Source: Candidatus Cloacimonadales bacterium (GTDB lineage: Bacteria; Cloacimonadota; Cloacimonadia; Cloacimonadales; JAIOQZ01). From it: DNA of 64,000 bases. Location: positions 608,001 through 672,000 of the forward strand of contig CAXXTU010000002.1 in the NCBI GenBank assembly GCA_963662655.2, read 5' to 3'. The notes beneath the pieces were generated by a model. The model did not search any database, had not been told where the DNA came from, and saw nothing but the letters and a program-made list of their open reading frames with translations. The position numbers were made by a program, and so were the translations under genes. This document shows, piece by piece, positions 17,701 through 29,325 of this stretch (its first letter is position 1; every line of letters starts with the position of its first letter).

Positions 17701-20700
17701 TTAAAACTCCGCCCGTATCTCGAGCGTCATCTCGTGGCTGGTTTCCTGATCCGGGTAAGCATCGCCGGAATACTGGAAACTTGCGCTGGTAAACTGGTTG
17801 ACCTTGTAGGAGAGATTTACGCTCCACTCGAACAAATCGCCTTCCCGCTTCTCGGCAAGGTAGTTCAGATAATCCGAACCGCTACGCTCGTTGTGCTTAT
17901 AGGCGAATCGGGAGAAAATCCTGTACTTCGTCAGCAGATAGAGCGTCAGGTTCTCCGAAAGCCCCAGGCTGCGGATGGCGTAATCCTTCTTGTTGATGCG
18001 CTGTACGCCGTCCTCCGCGGCGTAACTCAGATCCGTATTGAGCAGCAAGCTCTTCGTGGCTCTTGTGACGACGGTGAATGTGTAGGTGTTCGTCTCGATT
18101 TCGGATTCATAGTAGGAATCCTCCTCCACGGTGTTTTCCCAGGAGAGCTCGAGATCATTGTTCTGCAGTTTCTTGTAGTTCGCAGAAAAGAACCACGTCT
18201 CGTCCGAGTAATCCGTTGGCTCCTGGTAACGGTTGTCCAGATTCTGATCTTTGCTGTATTGCCCCTTCAGCAGCAGCGTCTTGGTTATAAGGTCGTACCA
18301 TAGCGTTTGCTGGAAGGAGTTGCTACCGTAAATGGTGTAATTACTGTCCATCATGCGGTCGGAGGAGAGGAGGTACACCTTCCACTTGTCGTTGGAACGA
18401 GAGTTCTCCGTAATGGCCACGTATGTCTCGGACTGGAGCTTGCTCAGGAACGGGTGCGTAGGGAAGAGCAGCTTGGGATTCAAGAAGAGCGAGGCATCGG
18501 TGTTGACCTCGATGGAAAGCTCCGGTTCGCCGGAAGTGATGTAAAACCAGTCGTAATCTCCCTCTTCTACGTATACACCGGTGCTGTCGTAGTCGCCGAT
18601 GCCTTCACCGACGAATTGTAGCTCGCGGACTTTCGGGTAGAATTCGAGGTTGCTCAGGGAGTAGTTCAAACTGATCGATACCGCGTCGTCGAGGAAGTTG
18701 TTCACGCTGCTGAGTTCCGCGATATCGTACTGGTCGTCGTCGTCTTGTTTCTCGACGATGCGATGCAGATAACGCAGCTTCATGCGGTGGTTGCTGTAGT
18801 TCATCAGGTAATCGAGCTCCCAAGTCTCCGTATTTTGCTGAAAATCGCTGCTGACGATCTCGTAGCGGTCGTTCGTGTAGGAAACCTCGGTAGCCACGAC
18901 CTTCGTTTCCCAGGTTCCGGCAAAGAGCTTCCAGGTCAGGTTGGTGTCCTCGTAGTCGGATTCGTTGCGGTACTGCTCGATGAACCGGTTGCGATAGTAA
19001 TCGCCACCCAGCCGGTAGTTCCGGTACGTGTAGTGCGATGTGAGGTTGATACGGTCGATGGAAGCCGCCCTCTGCTCAGAGTCGGGATCGGTGTAGTCCT
19101 GGCTGGATTCCTGGTATCGCATGAAAACATACGGAACAAAGCTGAACTGATTGAGCGTCCCGGTGTAAACGGTTCTCTTGAAGGCTGCGAAATCCTTGTA
19201 TTCTTTTTCGGTGTAGGTGATCGAAGGCGTAAACAGCTCGAAGAGCCGCATGCTGTAGTTGCCGAAGATCTCCTGCCTGCTTACGGAATCGTTCCGGGTG
19301 AATTCGTAGGTATCGTAGCTCGATGCTGGATCGTCGATTTCCGCGAAGGGTGCGAGGCCCTTTTTGAAATGGCGATAGTAGCCTGTCAATTGCGGTTCGA
19401 ACCGGTCGAAGCGCGGCGCGAGCTCGAATCCCGTATGGGTTGCCCAGGAGTCGTTGTCGCTGTCGTCTTTGGACGACCATGTGTTCTTATCCAGCGATGT
19501 AACAAGCGCTTCGGTGTCGATTTTCAGATAATCGCCCTTCCAGCCGGCGGAGAAATCGTAATTGATCAGTCGTTCGGGAGATGGGAGTTCCCGCACCGGT
19601 TCGTAGCGCCCCATGCCTTCGCCGACGTAGTAGTAGATGGACGGCGTCTGCTGCTCGTATGAACCGTTTCCCGCTCCTACGTATGAAAACGAGAGCGCGT
19701 AGGTTCCGGTGGAGTCATACCCGACATACTCGTAGTAGGATTCATCGCCTTCGGTGACGAGGATGTAGCTACCGTCACCGGCTTCCACCTCGTAGATACC
19801 GTTTCCCCAGGCGATTTCGTCGCCTGCCGCCTTGAGAATCGCCTTGTCCTCGTCGCTGAAGGTTTCCTGAAGCGGGTTGTTGCGGTCGTCGTTCGAGACG
19901 ATGGCGTGGGCATCGAAGTAGAACCGGCCGAAGGGCTTCGTCTGCGCGGACGCCATGTAAAGATTTTTGCGGTAGTCCTCGTCTGAGTACTGAAACACAA
20001 CCATGATGAAACTATCTTCGTCGATAAAGTGATCGTTGGTGAAGGTGATGGTGCCCTCTTCATAATCGATGGTGTAATCGCTACCGCGCTGCATGGCAAC
20101 GCCGTTGAGGTATACCGTTTCCGATCCCGCAACAACCAGCAGGGTGAATCCGTCCAGGTTCAGGTAATAAGGCCCTTGCTTGGCCTGTTCGCCGTTGAAT
20201 TCCACCGTTTGCGTTTTTGCCCGTGAGACTGCCAGCGCGCCACGGAACGTGTTTTCTCCGTACCAGCCGGCACGCAAGCCCTCGAACTGTAGATCGACGT
20301 TCATGAACTGCGTGCCCTCGATGGGGTAGTCCAGGTCGCCGAAAGCGACCTCATAGTGGTTTCCATACAGCTTGATGAACACCTGATCGAGGTTGCTGAT
20401 CTCCCGTGAATCGCCCTCCGGCGTTATGGGGGACTGGCTGTCCGAGAGTTGAGCCTGTACCTTGATGCCCGGGGAGAGTTCGCCGTCCATTTTCACGAAG
20501 AGCGATTGATCGATGCTGACATCGTCCTGGTTGCCGACCGTCAGCGAAATGGTTTTGCTACCGGTAATCGTGAGGTCGGTTCGGCCTGTCAGGTCCCACT
20601 GTTTGCGCCTACTCATCTTCGGTGCGGAGGTGGAGTCGGAAGAGGCCATGCGGTAGAAGTAGTACCGCTCGCGAAGGTTCTCCGGGTAGATCCTATACGA

Positions 20701-20997
20701 AAGCGTTATATACTGAACACCCTGAGGGATCGTGGCAATGTGCAGGATGCCGTTCTGATAATCGACACGATAGTCGCGTCCTCGCACAAACAAGAAGCTC
20801 GCCGCATCGTCGGGATTCATGACGGAAAGGGTATCGGTGTTCACGATGATATTGCGGTGTTTGAGGGGAATCTCCGTGCCTTTTCGCGTGAGATCGAACG
20901 TCTCCTCGCGCTGAATGGGGGAGAAGTAATTATATGCAAAGGCGTGGCTTGCCAGGAAGACCAGTAGAAGGAATAGACTCGCCTTACTCCGATTCAT
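17701..20997 (-). CDS. Large outer-membrane beta-barrel protein with SprA-like N-terminal motifs
   Basis: Signal peptide MNRSKASLFLLLVFLASHAFA; RGxDYx(V/I)DYxxG twice; beta-strand-rich C-half ending LEIRAEF. Confidence 0.6.
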   Translation of the reverse strand: MNRSKASLFLLLVFLASHAFAYNYFSPIQREETFDLTRKGTEIPLKHRNIIVNTDTLSVMNPDDAASFLFVRGRDYRVDYQNGILHIATIPQGVQYITLSYRIYPENLRERYYFYRMASSDSTSAPKMSRRKQWDLTGRTDLTITGSKTISLTVGNQDDVSIDQSLFVKMDGELSPGIKVQAQLSDSQSPITPEGDSREISNLDQVFIKLYGNHYEVAFGDLDYPIEGTQFMNVDLQFEGLRAGWYGENTFRGALAVSRAKTQTVEFNGEQAKQGPYYLNLDGFTLLVVAGSETVYLNGVAMQRGSDYTIDYEEGTITFTNDHFIDEDSFIMVVFQYSDEDYRKNLYMASAQTKPFGRFYFDAHAIVSNDDRNNPLQETFSDEDKAILKAAGDEIAWGNGIYEVEAGDGSYILVTEGDESYYEYVGYDSTGTYALSFSYVGAGNGSYEQQTPSIYYYVGEGMGRYEPVRELPSPERLINYDFSAGWKGDYLKIDTEALVTSLDKNTWSSKDDSDNDSWATHTGFELAPRFDRFEPQLTGYYRHFKKGLAPFAEIDDPASSYDTYEFTRNDSVSRQEIFGNYSMRLFELFTPSITYTEKEYKDFAAFKRTVYTGTLNQFSFVPYVFMRYQESSQDYTDPDSEQRAASIDRINLTSHYTYRNYRLGGDYYRNRFIEQYRNESDYEDTNLTWKLFAGTWETKVVATEVSYTNDRYEIVSSDFQQNTETWELDYLMNYSNHRMKLRYLHRIVEKQDDDDQYDIAELSSVNNFLDDAVSISLNYSLSNLEFYPKVRELQFVGEGIGDYDSTGVYVEEGDYDWFYITSGEPELSIEVNTDASLFLNPKLLFPTHPFLSKLQSETYVAITENSRSNDKWKVYLLSSDRMMDSNYTIYGSNSFQQTLWYDLITKTLLLKGQYSKDQNLDNRYQEPTDYSDETWFFSANYKKLQNNDLELSWENTVEEDSYYESEIETNTYTFTVVTRATKSLLLNTDLSYAAEDGVQRINKKDYAIRSLGLSENLTLYLLTKYRIFSRFAYKHNERSGSDYLNYLAEKREGDLFEWSVNLSYKVNQFTSASFQYSGDAYPDQETSHEMTLEIRAEF

Positions 20998-21442
20998 GCA
21001 ATGCTTGATTGAGATGAATCGAATCGATCCAGGATTGATTGCCTTCCAGCGTAACCTTGCGATGTTGATTGCAATATTCGAATCGAAGCTTGAGGGTGTT
21101 TTCCGGAAGAACGGACTCTGCAAGTTGCGGCCATTCGATGATGACGATCTTCCGCCCGAAGATTTCGTGCAGGCCGAGCTCCCACACCTCTTCCTCGCTT
21201 TCCAGGCGATACAGATCGATGTGGACGATGTCTTCGCCGTACTCGTGCATGATCACGTAGCTGGGGCTGCTGACGATGTCCCTGCTGTCCAGCGCTGCGC
21301 AAAAGGCGCGCGTGAAGAAGGTCTTGCCGGCTCCCAGGGGCCCGGACAATGCCAGTGTATCGCCTTTCCGAACGTTCATGGCGATATGTTTCGCAAAAGC
21401 GTTTGATTGATCTTGATCAAGCAGTTCGATTTCTTTTATCAC
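20984..21442 (-). CDS. tsaE: t6A biosynthesis ATPase TsaE
   Basis: GPLGAGKT, SPSY, HIDLYRL, IEW. Confidence 0.93.
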   Translation of the reverse strand: MIKEIELLDQDQSNAFAKHIAMNVRKGDTLALSGPLGAGKTFFTRAFCAALDSRDIVSSPSYVIMHEYGEDIVHIDLYRLESEEEVWELGLHEIFGRKIVIIEWPQLAESVLPENTLKLRFEYCNQHRKVTLEGNQSWIDSIHLNQALHESE

Positions 21443-21567
21443 GTTAACTCCAAATAAATAACACCTGAATCACGAATTGTTTCAATCATCGGGATTGTCA
21501 ATAGATATGTAATGCCCTATCCTTTGATTGGTAGAGCATTTAGTCGTGAAAACTTATTTAATGTAAA

Positions 21568-21942
21568 CTATTTGAGTTTCTCGAGTTCGGCTTCAAAATC
21601 CTCCAGCGCTTTGCGAACCCCTTCGTCATCCTTGTACTGGGTCGCGGTCAGTGCAATGACTTCGATGCTTTTGAAGAGTGTCTCGAAGGCGTCGGCCAGC
21701 TCTTGTTTCTGCGCGTCGTCAGTCAGGGAAAGCTGGGCGTTGGCTTCGAAAACGATGATGATTTCCTTCTTCAATTCAGCGAGAATCTCTGTGAAATCTT
21801 CGGGTTGCTGAACTGCTTTCGCCTGGATGGCAAGCTCTTTCACGCGGTTTGCGGCTTGAACAATGCTTTCTTCGGGAGTTTGTTCGGCCGAGATGGCGAT
21901 CGCCAATATCACAAGGATCGTCAGTGCGAGTATCTTTTTCAT
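21568..21942 (-). CDS. Small secreted alpha-helical protein
   Basis: Signal peptide, GGAG upstream, amphipathic helices. Confidence 0.7.
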   Translation of the reverse strand: MKKILALTILVILAIAISAEQTPEESIVQAANRVKELAIQAKAVQQPEDFTEILAELKKEIIIVFEANAQLSLTDDAQKQELADAFETLFKSIEVIALTATQYKDDEGVRKALEDFEAELEKLK

Positions 21943-21967
21943 ATTCCGTGATCTCCTGTTCTAAAAT

Positions 21968-22393
21968 CTATTCTTCGATGTGTGGGGTTGATTCCTGCAT
22001 GATTTCATCGAGCTTCTTCATCTGTTTCATGTATTTCTCGATGGACGCCTTGACCTCTGGGTGATTCTGGTATTTTTTTACAGCTTTTTGCACTTCGATC
22101 ATGCTGCTTTGCATGTTTTTGGCAAAGTTCCTCATCGTGGCATCGAGTGAATCCGGGATGGTCTGGGTCTCTGCGATCTCTTTCTGTAAATCCATCGTTG
22201 CATAAGCGTATGTGGACATTAGGGATGTCAGGTCGTCGAGCAGACGCACAACTTGATCGACAGTGGTTGCTTTTTGTGCGTTCGTAGCAATCGCCTGAAG
22301 TTGTGTATCGACATCCTGCATTACCTCCATCGGCGGTTTTGCGTATAGGAGTGTGCATGACATAATCGCCATGAGAATAATAAACTTCTTCAT
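21968..22393 (-). CDS. Small secreted alpha-helical protein, probable paralog of 21568-21942
   Basis: Signal peptide, GAGG RBS, similar helical pattern. Confidence 0.7.
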   Translation of the reverse strand: MKKFIILMAIMSCTLLYAKPPMEVMQDVDTQLQAIATNAQKATTVDQVVRLLDDLTSLMSTYAYATMDLQKEIAETQTIPDSLDATMRNFAKNMQSSMIEVQKAVKKYQNHPEVKASIEKYMKQMKKLDEIMQESTPHIEE

Positions 22394-22491
22394 GAATACC
22401 TCTTAAACATTGTGTCTCCAGATGGGCAATAAAACCTGATTTCCTAATTATCTGGAGACCATCCGGCTAATATCCGAACCGGAAAAACATT

Positions 22492-22523
22492 TGTCCACTT
22501 TTTTCCATGGAAAAAATCGGACA
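22492..22523. repeat. Near-perfect 32-bp palindrome, possible operator
   Basis: TGTCC-AC-TTTTTTCCATGGAAAAAA-TC-GGACA; the central 18 bp are a perfect palindrome. Confidence 0.55.
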
Positions 22524-22561
22524 GGCACATGGGGAGGGTTGGGTGTTTCAGACGAAAGGGA

Positions 22562-25500
22562 TTATGAGATGTCTTTATCGAGCAGTTTTCGTATCAGACG
22601 GGCTATGTCGGGAAGCATGAATGGCTTGTGGATGATGGTCGATACATGCTGCAGGTTGTCGAGGTCATCTGTTTGATTGTAGCCAGTGCAGAGGATGATC
22701 GGCAGGGAAGGCTCGATGCGATGGATCTCCGCAGCGAGCTCGTCTCCGTGCAGTTCGGGCATGGTGAGGTCCGTGATCAGAATATCGTATCTCTGCGGGT
22801 GATCTTTATATGATTCAAGCGCTTTTGTGCTGCTCGAATGCACTTCGACGCGATAGCCGAGTTTTTCGAGTGAAACCTTGACCACTTCGCCGATCATCAC
22901 TTCGTCGTCCACGAAGAGGATTTGCTCGTTTCCTCTGGGAATGACATGCGCGTCATCTTCGATCGAGGTCTCTACTGGCTCAATCAGTGGCAGGTATATC
23001 TCGAATTTCGTACCCAAGCCAAGCTGGCTTTCCACGGTGATCTCTCCGAAGTGTTCATGGATAATGCCGTAGACAATGGATAGTCCAAGGCCCGATTTCC
23101 CATGTTCGCGTCTTGTTGTGTAGAAGGGATCGAAGATTTTGGGGAGGTTTTCCGCGGAGATACCGCTTCCGTTATCGACGATTTCGAGAAGGAGGTAGTT
23201 ACCTTCGTTCAGGGAGTGCCGGAGGCTGTGCCGCTCATCGACCATTTCTTCGTAAACGCTGATCCTGATGGTACCGCTTGTCCCGAAAAGAGCCTGGCTC
23301 GCATTGGTGCACAGGTTCATCAGAACCTGATTCATCTGCATGGGATCTGCCATGATGGTGTCGTTATTCGTCTTGAAATCGACTTTGATGTTAATCGTTA
23401 TCGGCAGGGTGCTCCGAAGCAGGTCAACCGTACTTGTTACAACCGATTTCATTCTGATCGGCTTTCGCTCGGGTTGCGAATGCTTGCTGAACGCGAGGAT
23501 GTGGGCCACCAGCTTGCGAGCTCTCTCGGCAGCCGCCATGATCTCCTCATTGTACTCATGAACGCTCGAATCAGGTGGGAGCTCCTGAAGCGAAAGTTCC
23601 GTGAATCCCATGATTGCGCTGAGGATGTTGTTGAAATCGTGTGCGATGCCACCGGCCAGCGTTCCCACAGCGTCGATCTTCTGGGATTGAGCGATTTGCT
23701 TTTCCAGCCTTCTTTTCTCGGTGATATCCTTCACGACGAAGACGTAGTTGATAATGCGGTCGTTGATGTCTTTAAGGGGTGATATCGTCGTGTCTGCATC
23801 GTAGGTTACTCCTTCCCGGGTTTGGTTGAGAAGCATACCGGACCACGGGTTTCCCTGGTTCAACTCGCGAAGGACCATGTCTTCGATTTTAAGTAGTGAC
23901 TTATTCTCTATAACGGCGCTGTACTGGCTTCCGAAAATTTCTTCGAAGGTGTACCCGTTGAGCTTTTCGAATGCCTTGTTGACATAGATAATCTTGCCGC
24001 CGGTGTCTGTGATGAAGATTGACTCGGATACCTGCTCGATCGCTTTGAGTATTCTGTCCCGGTGTTCGTAGGCCATTTTCTCGTCGGTGATGTTCTGATT
24101 GATCCCGATGATACGAATCGCGTGGCCTTCCCGGTCGCGGTCAACGACCTTGCCCTGGCTGCGGATCCACAGGATGGATCCATCTTTCTTCAGGATGCGG
24201 TGTTCAATTTTCAGGGTGTCGTTCCCGGTTTGATTGAGCGCTTCCATCTCTTTGATTACCCGGTCGAGATCATCCGGGTGCTCTACTCTGAAGATTAAAT
24301 CAAAGGGATCGATGTCTTCATTACTGGCGTAGCCAAACATATTGTACCATTCATCGTTGAGACTGACTTTCTGAGATAACGGATAGATGTCCCACAAGCC
24401 GAGGCTAATCCCGTGGATTGCCAGATCGCACCGTTCCTTTTGTTCGCGAATAGTGTTGCTGGCATGTGTTTTAATGAAGATGATGATGGCTCCAAACACT
24501 ATGCAAACGCCGAAGAACATGCCCATAAGGACGAACCATGTCTTCAATTTCCGGTAGTCCTTCACGATGGGTTCCGGTTCTCCTATTATAATAGAGCTCC
24601 CCGGCAATTGCTTTCTATCTATCCCAAACCTTTGGAGTTGTTCATAGTAAAACATAGGGAAAAAGGTTGATTTGGAGTCGATCGGGATGGCTTCGGGCCT
24701 TTTTCCTTCCAGGATTTCCATCGCCATTTTCGCAGCGACCGATCCCTGCGCTTTGGAATTGACGATGTAGCCTCCCGTAGCGCCGTATTGCAGAAGATTG
24801 TCCCAGGCTGTGTAGATGGGGTAAGCAATGTTGTCTGCAACGAATTTCAGGTCTTTTTCCGATACCACATTTCCTTTATTGTCCAAATAGTAAGATAAAA
24901 CGAAGATTACAGTGGGTTGATCGATGGCGTTTATCGATTGTATCAATTCATAGGGTGGGGTACCGACGAATTCATGGTACTGATATTGTTGAAGGTACTG
25001 ATTGATATTCCTGCGGAAGGTCAGCAGATGTTCGTATCCTGTTCTCGTATGATCTGCGACGACGGCTATATGTCTTGTATCCGGGTGAAGGCCCAAGGCC
25101 AATCTGATGGTGCTTGCAAGGTCGTATTCTTCGAGAATTCCTGTGCATTTATTTCGTCCATCGAGCATTTCTTCCGTGAAGAAATTGATGCCGGTGAAAA
25201 CCAGTGGGATATCCGTGAAAAGCTCATTTTGATGTGAAATAACGAATTCAAGAGCGTTGTTATCGGACACAATCACGACGTCCGGTGGATTTTGAGAATA
25301 TTTCTGGTCCAGTAAGTTGAAAAGCGGGGCTTCTATATTCTTCAGGGGGTAGCGCTTGCTGTCCATGTATTCTGTGAAGATACCGAGGTCGTAGGGTGAA
25401 TCAGACAAAGAAGACATGATGCCTTGGTGAATGGATGCAGTCCATGTGAAATCGGAATGATACGAGTGCAGAATAAGAATGTTCTTTTTTAGAGGGACTT

Positions 25501-25588
25501 GTTCGGAAGCTAAACCGGATGCGACGATCAACGCCATGAAACAGAGGAGAACTCTTGCAAAAAAGGCAATATGTATCCGGTGTTGCAT
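22562..25588 (-). CDS. Hybrid sensor histidine kinase (periplasmic substrate-binding-like domain, TM, two PAS, HisKA, HATPase, REC)
   Basis: AGGIAHDFNNIL, NLCTNA, DNGSGI, GLGLS, FVDDE...TDLTMP...KP. Confidence 0.92.
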   Translation of the reverse strand: MQHRIHIAFFARVLLCFMALIVASGLASEQVPLKKNILILHSYHSDFTWTASIHQGIMSSLSDSPYDLGIFTEYMDSKRYPLKNIEAPLFNLLDQKYSQNPPDVVIVSDNNALEFVISHQNELFTDIPLVFTGINFFTEEMLDGRNKCTGILEEYDLASTIRLALGLHPDTRHIAVVADHTRTGYEHLLTFRRNINQYLQQYQYHEFVGTPPYELIQSINAIDQPTVIFVLSYYLDNKGNVVSEKDLKFVADNIAYPIYTAWDNLLQYGATGGYIVNSKAQGSVAAKMAMEILEGKRPEAIPIDSKSTFFPMFYYEQLQRFGIDRKQLPGSSIIIGEPEPIVKDYRKLKTWFVLMGMFFGVCIVFGAIIIFIKTHASNTIREQKERCDLAIHGISLGLWDIYPLSQKVSLNDEWYNMFGYASNEDIDPFDLIFRVEHPDDLDRVIKEMEALNQTGNDTLKIEHRILKKDGSILWIRSQGKVVDRDREGHAIRIIGINQNITDEKMAYEHRDRILKAIEQVSESIFITDTGGKIIYVNKAFEKLNGYTFEEIFGSQYSAVIENKSLLKIEDMVLRELNQGNPWSGMLLNQTREGVTYDADTTISPLKDINDRIINYVFVVKDITEKRRLEKQIAQSQKIDAVGTLAGGIAHDFNNILSAIMGFTELSLQELPPDSSVHEYNEEIMAAAERARKLVAHILAFSKHSQPERKPIRMKSVVTSTVDLLRSTLPITINIKVDFKTNNDTIMADPMQMNQVLMNLCTNASQALFGTSGTIRISVYEEMVDERHSLRHSLNEGNYLLLEIVDNGSGISAENLPKIFDPFYTTRREHGKSGLGLSIVYGIIHEHFGEITVESQLGLGTKFEIYLPLIEPVETSIEDDAHVIPRGNEQILFVDDEVMIGEVVKVSLEKLGYRVEVHSSSTKALESYKDHPQRYDILITDLTMPELHGDELAAEIHRIEPSLPIILCTGYNQTDDLDNLQHVSTIIHKPFMLPDIARLIRKLLDKDIS

Positions 25589-25755
25589 CCAGACCCCTAC
25601 TACTTAGGATGTAATAATTACTTTATGTATTCAACTTCCTTCATGTGAGCTTCTTATTTACAATATACTGGTACTCGGTAAAATGTGACAAATTCTTTTT
25701 GGATTATTCTTTCGCATAGAGTACATGGTATGATTCTTTCACAAGCTGGTATACC

Positions 25756-25883
25756 GGCGTGGCATCTTCGCCCGATTCCCCTTTTCAACGTGGATATACC
25801 GCGCCTTCGAGACTACCGGACACGAGATAAAAAGGCGCGAAACACCACGTTGAAAAGGTGGATCGAACCAATCTGCTGCCGCC
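25756..25883 (-). ncRNA. Structured intergenic hairpin element, copy 2
   Basis: Shares GGCATCTTCGCCCGAT, CAACGTGGATATA, AACACCACGT and GATCGAACxAATCTGCTxCCGCCTCG with copy 1; stems covary. Confidence 0.6.
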
Positions 25884-25921
25884 TCGTGCGAGGGCCTGGT
25901 GCGTGGTGGCTTTTTCATGAA

Positions 25922-27928
<2,007 letters not shown>

Positions 27929-29137
27929 TTATTCTTCGGGTCTCTCGATCTTGCCGACAAACAGGAGTGCACCGGTCGTGTTGTGACGGATAACGAAAAG
28001 GAATGGGTGATCCGCGACGAATTCGGGTACGGGCTGCGGCATGGCAGATTTCATTCTCATCTCGACAACAGTTGCTGCGGCAGCTTCGGTGCCGGCTTCG
28101 TTGACTTCGATGAACGCCTTGTGCACAACTCGATCGATATAAAGCATACCTTCGGGTTCGATTTCGCTGAAATCCGCCCGTTCGTCGAAAGCGCTTTCCA
28201 TCCCAAGCGCGATCAGCGCGCCGTTGAGGTTGGACAACGTTTCAAACTTGAATCGAGGTATGAACACGTTTGTTTTACGGGCTGGATCGATTTTTTTCAC
28301 CGGAAGCCACTGGCGCAGATTAGAGATGTTAGCTTCAAGCTTGGAAAGGCCATCCTGCTCGCGTGGAAGGATGATGATCATGGAGACGTCCTCACCGAGG
28401 TACTCGATCTCCAGCGCGGTCATCAGCTCGTCGCTACGCGTGCGGAAGCGTTCCTCGATGTTCATGAACGGCGTCGTGTATTCGCTCGCGTTGATCGGAT
28501 AGAAAGAAGCGTCGCGGGTTTTGCTTTTGTCGAACTCATGGAGCCAGTGACCGTAGAAATAGACGGCGTTACCCAGCACCATAACGGTTTCGGGCGTTAT
28601 CGATCCATCTGCGAGGATGTCTTTGATCTTGTCGTTGGTCTGCTCGGCGATCCAGTCATTGATAGCTTTGCGCGATTTCTTGGGATTCTTCGAAAAATCC
28701 AGCGTGTAGAGTCCCGCATTGTAATACCGGCGGTTGTTATCGATGAAGCGCTGTCGAAGGCGGAAGCCTTTCTCCACCCAGATAGCGTTCGCCGTGTTGA
28801 GCGAGACGTTGCCGAATTTCCCCACCGAGTTAAGCGATTGTATCACCGTGCTGAAATCGCTGTTATAGTTCTCCCCGCTGCAGTGGAGTACGCTTTGCAT
28901 CTCCTCTTTCGTTGTGCCCATTGCACCGAGCGATGTCATGGAGAGCACGCTGGAGATGCTGTAGGGCGAGAAGAGGAGATTGGTCCCCGGCGTCGATAAC
29001 TCACCGAAGATATCGGCACAGAAGGCATCCGTGCTGTCCGCCCACTGACTTAGCTGCTGTGGAGCCTGTGCTGTGGCTTTGATGGGCATAAGCGCTATGA
29101 TCGCGATGAGGATAAAAATGGAGGTAACTTTTTTCAT
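27929..29137 (-). CDS. Secreted serpin
   Basis: FSPYSI, NAVYFYGHW, hinge EAGTEAAAAT, FVADHPFLF; signal peptide. Confidence 0.95.
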   Translation of the reverse strand: MKKVTSIFILIAIIALMPIKATAQAPQQLSQWADSTDAFCADIFGELSTPGTNLLFSPYSISSVLSMTSLGAMGTTKEEMQSVLHCSGENYNSDFSTVIQSLNSVGKFGNVSLNTANAIWVEKGFRLRQRFIDNNRRYYNAGLYTLDFSKNPKKSRKAINDWIAEQTNDKIKDILADGSITPETVMVLGNAVYFYGHWLHEFDKSKTRDASFYPINASEYTTPFMNIEERFRTRSDELMTALEIEYLGEDVSMIIILPREQDGLSKLEANISNLRQWLPVKKIDPARKTNVFIPRFKFETLSNLNGALIALGMESAFDERADFSEIEPEGMLYIDRVVHKAFIEVNEAGTEAAAATVVEMRMKSAMPQPVPEFVADHPFLFVIRHNTTGALLFVGKIERPEE

Positions 29138-29181
29138 AATTTCATCTCCTGTAAAATGTTCAAACTACTACAATTGGTTAT

Positions 29182-29300
29182 TCCCGGAGTCAGATTGGTT
29201 CGAACCCGTCCCGGAAATGTATTCAGTCACAGCGATAGCTGTGGCAATATACATTGGAGGGTGAGCGGAGCTCAAGGGATCGGGCCAATGTGGCCCGGGG
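29182..29300 (+). ncRNA. Structured intergenic hairpin element, diverged copy 3 (opposite orientation)
   Basis: CAGATTGGTTCGA...GATCGGGCCAA matches the minus strand of copies 1 and 2; nested stems. Confidence 0.45.
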
Positions 29301-29325
29301 TGCCTTCGTTGAGCTGCTCGTTTCC

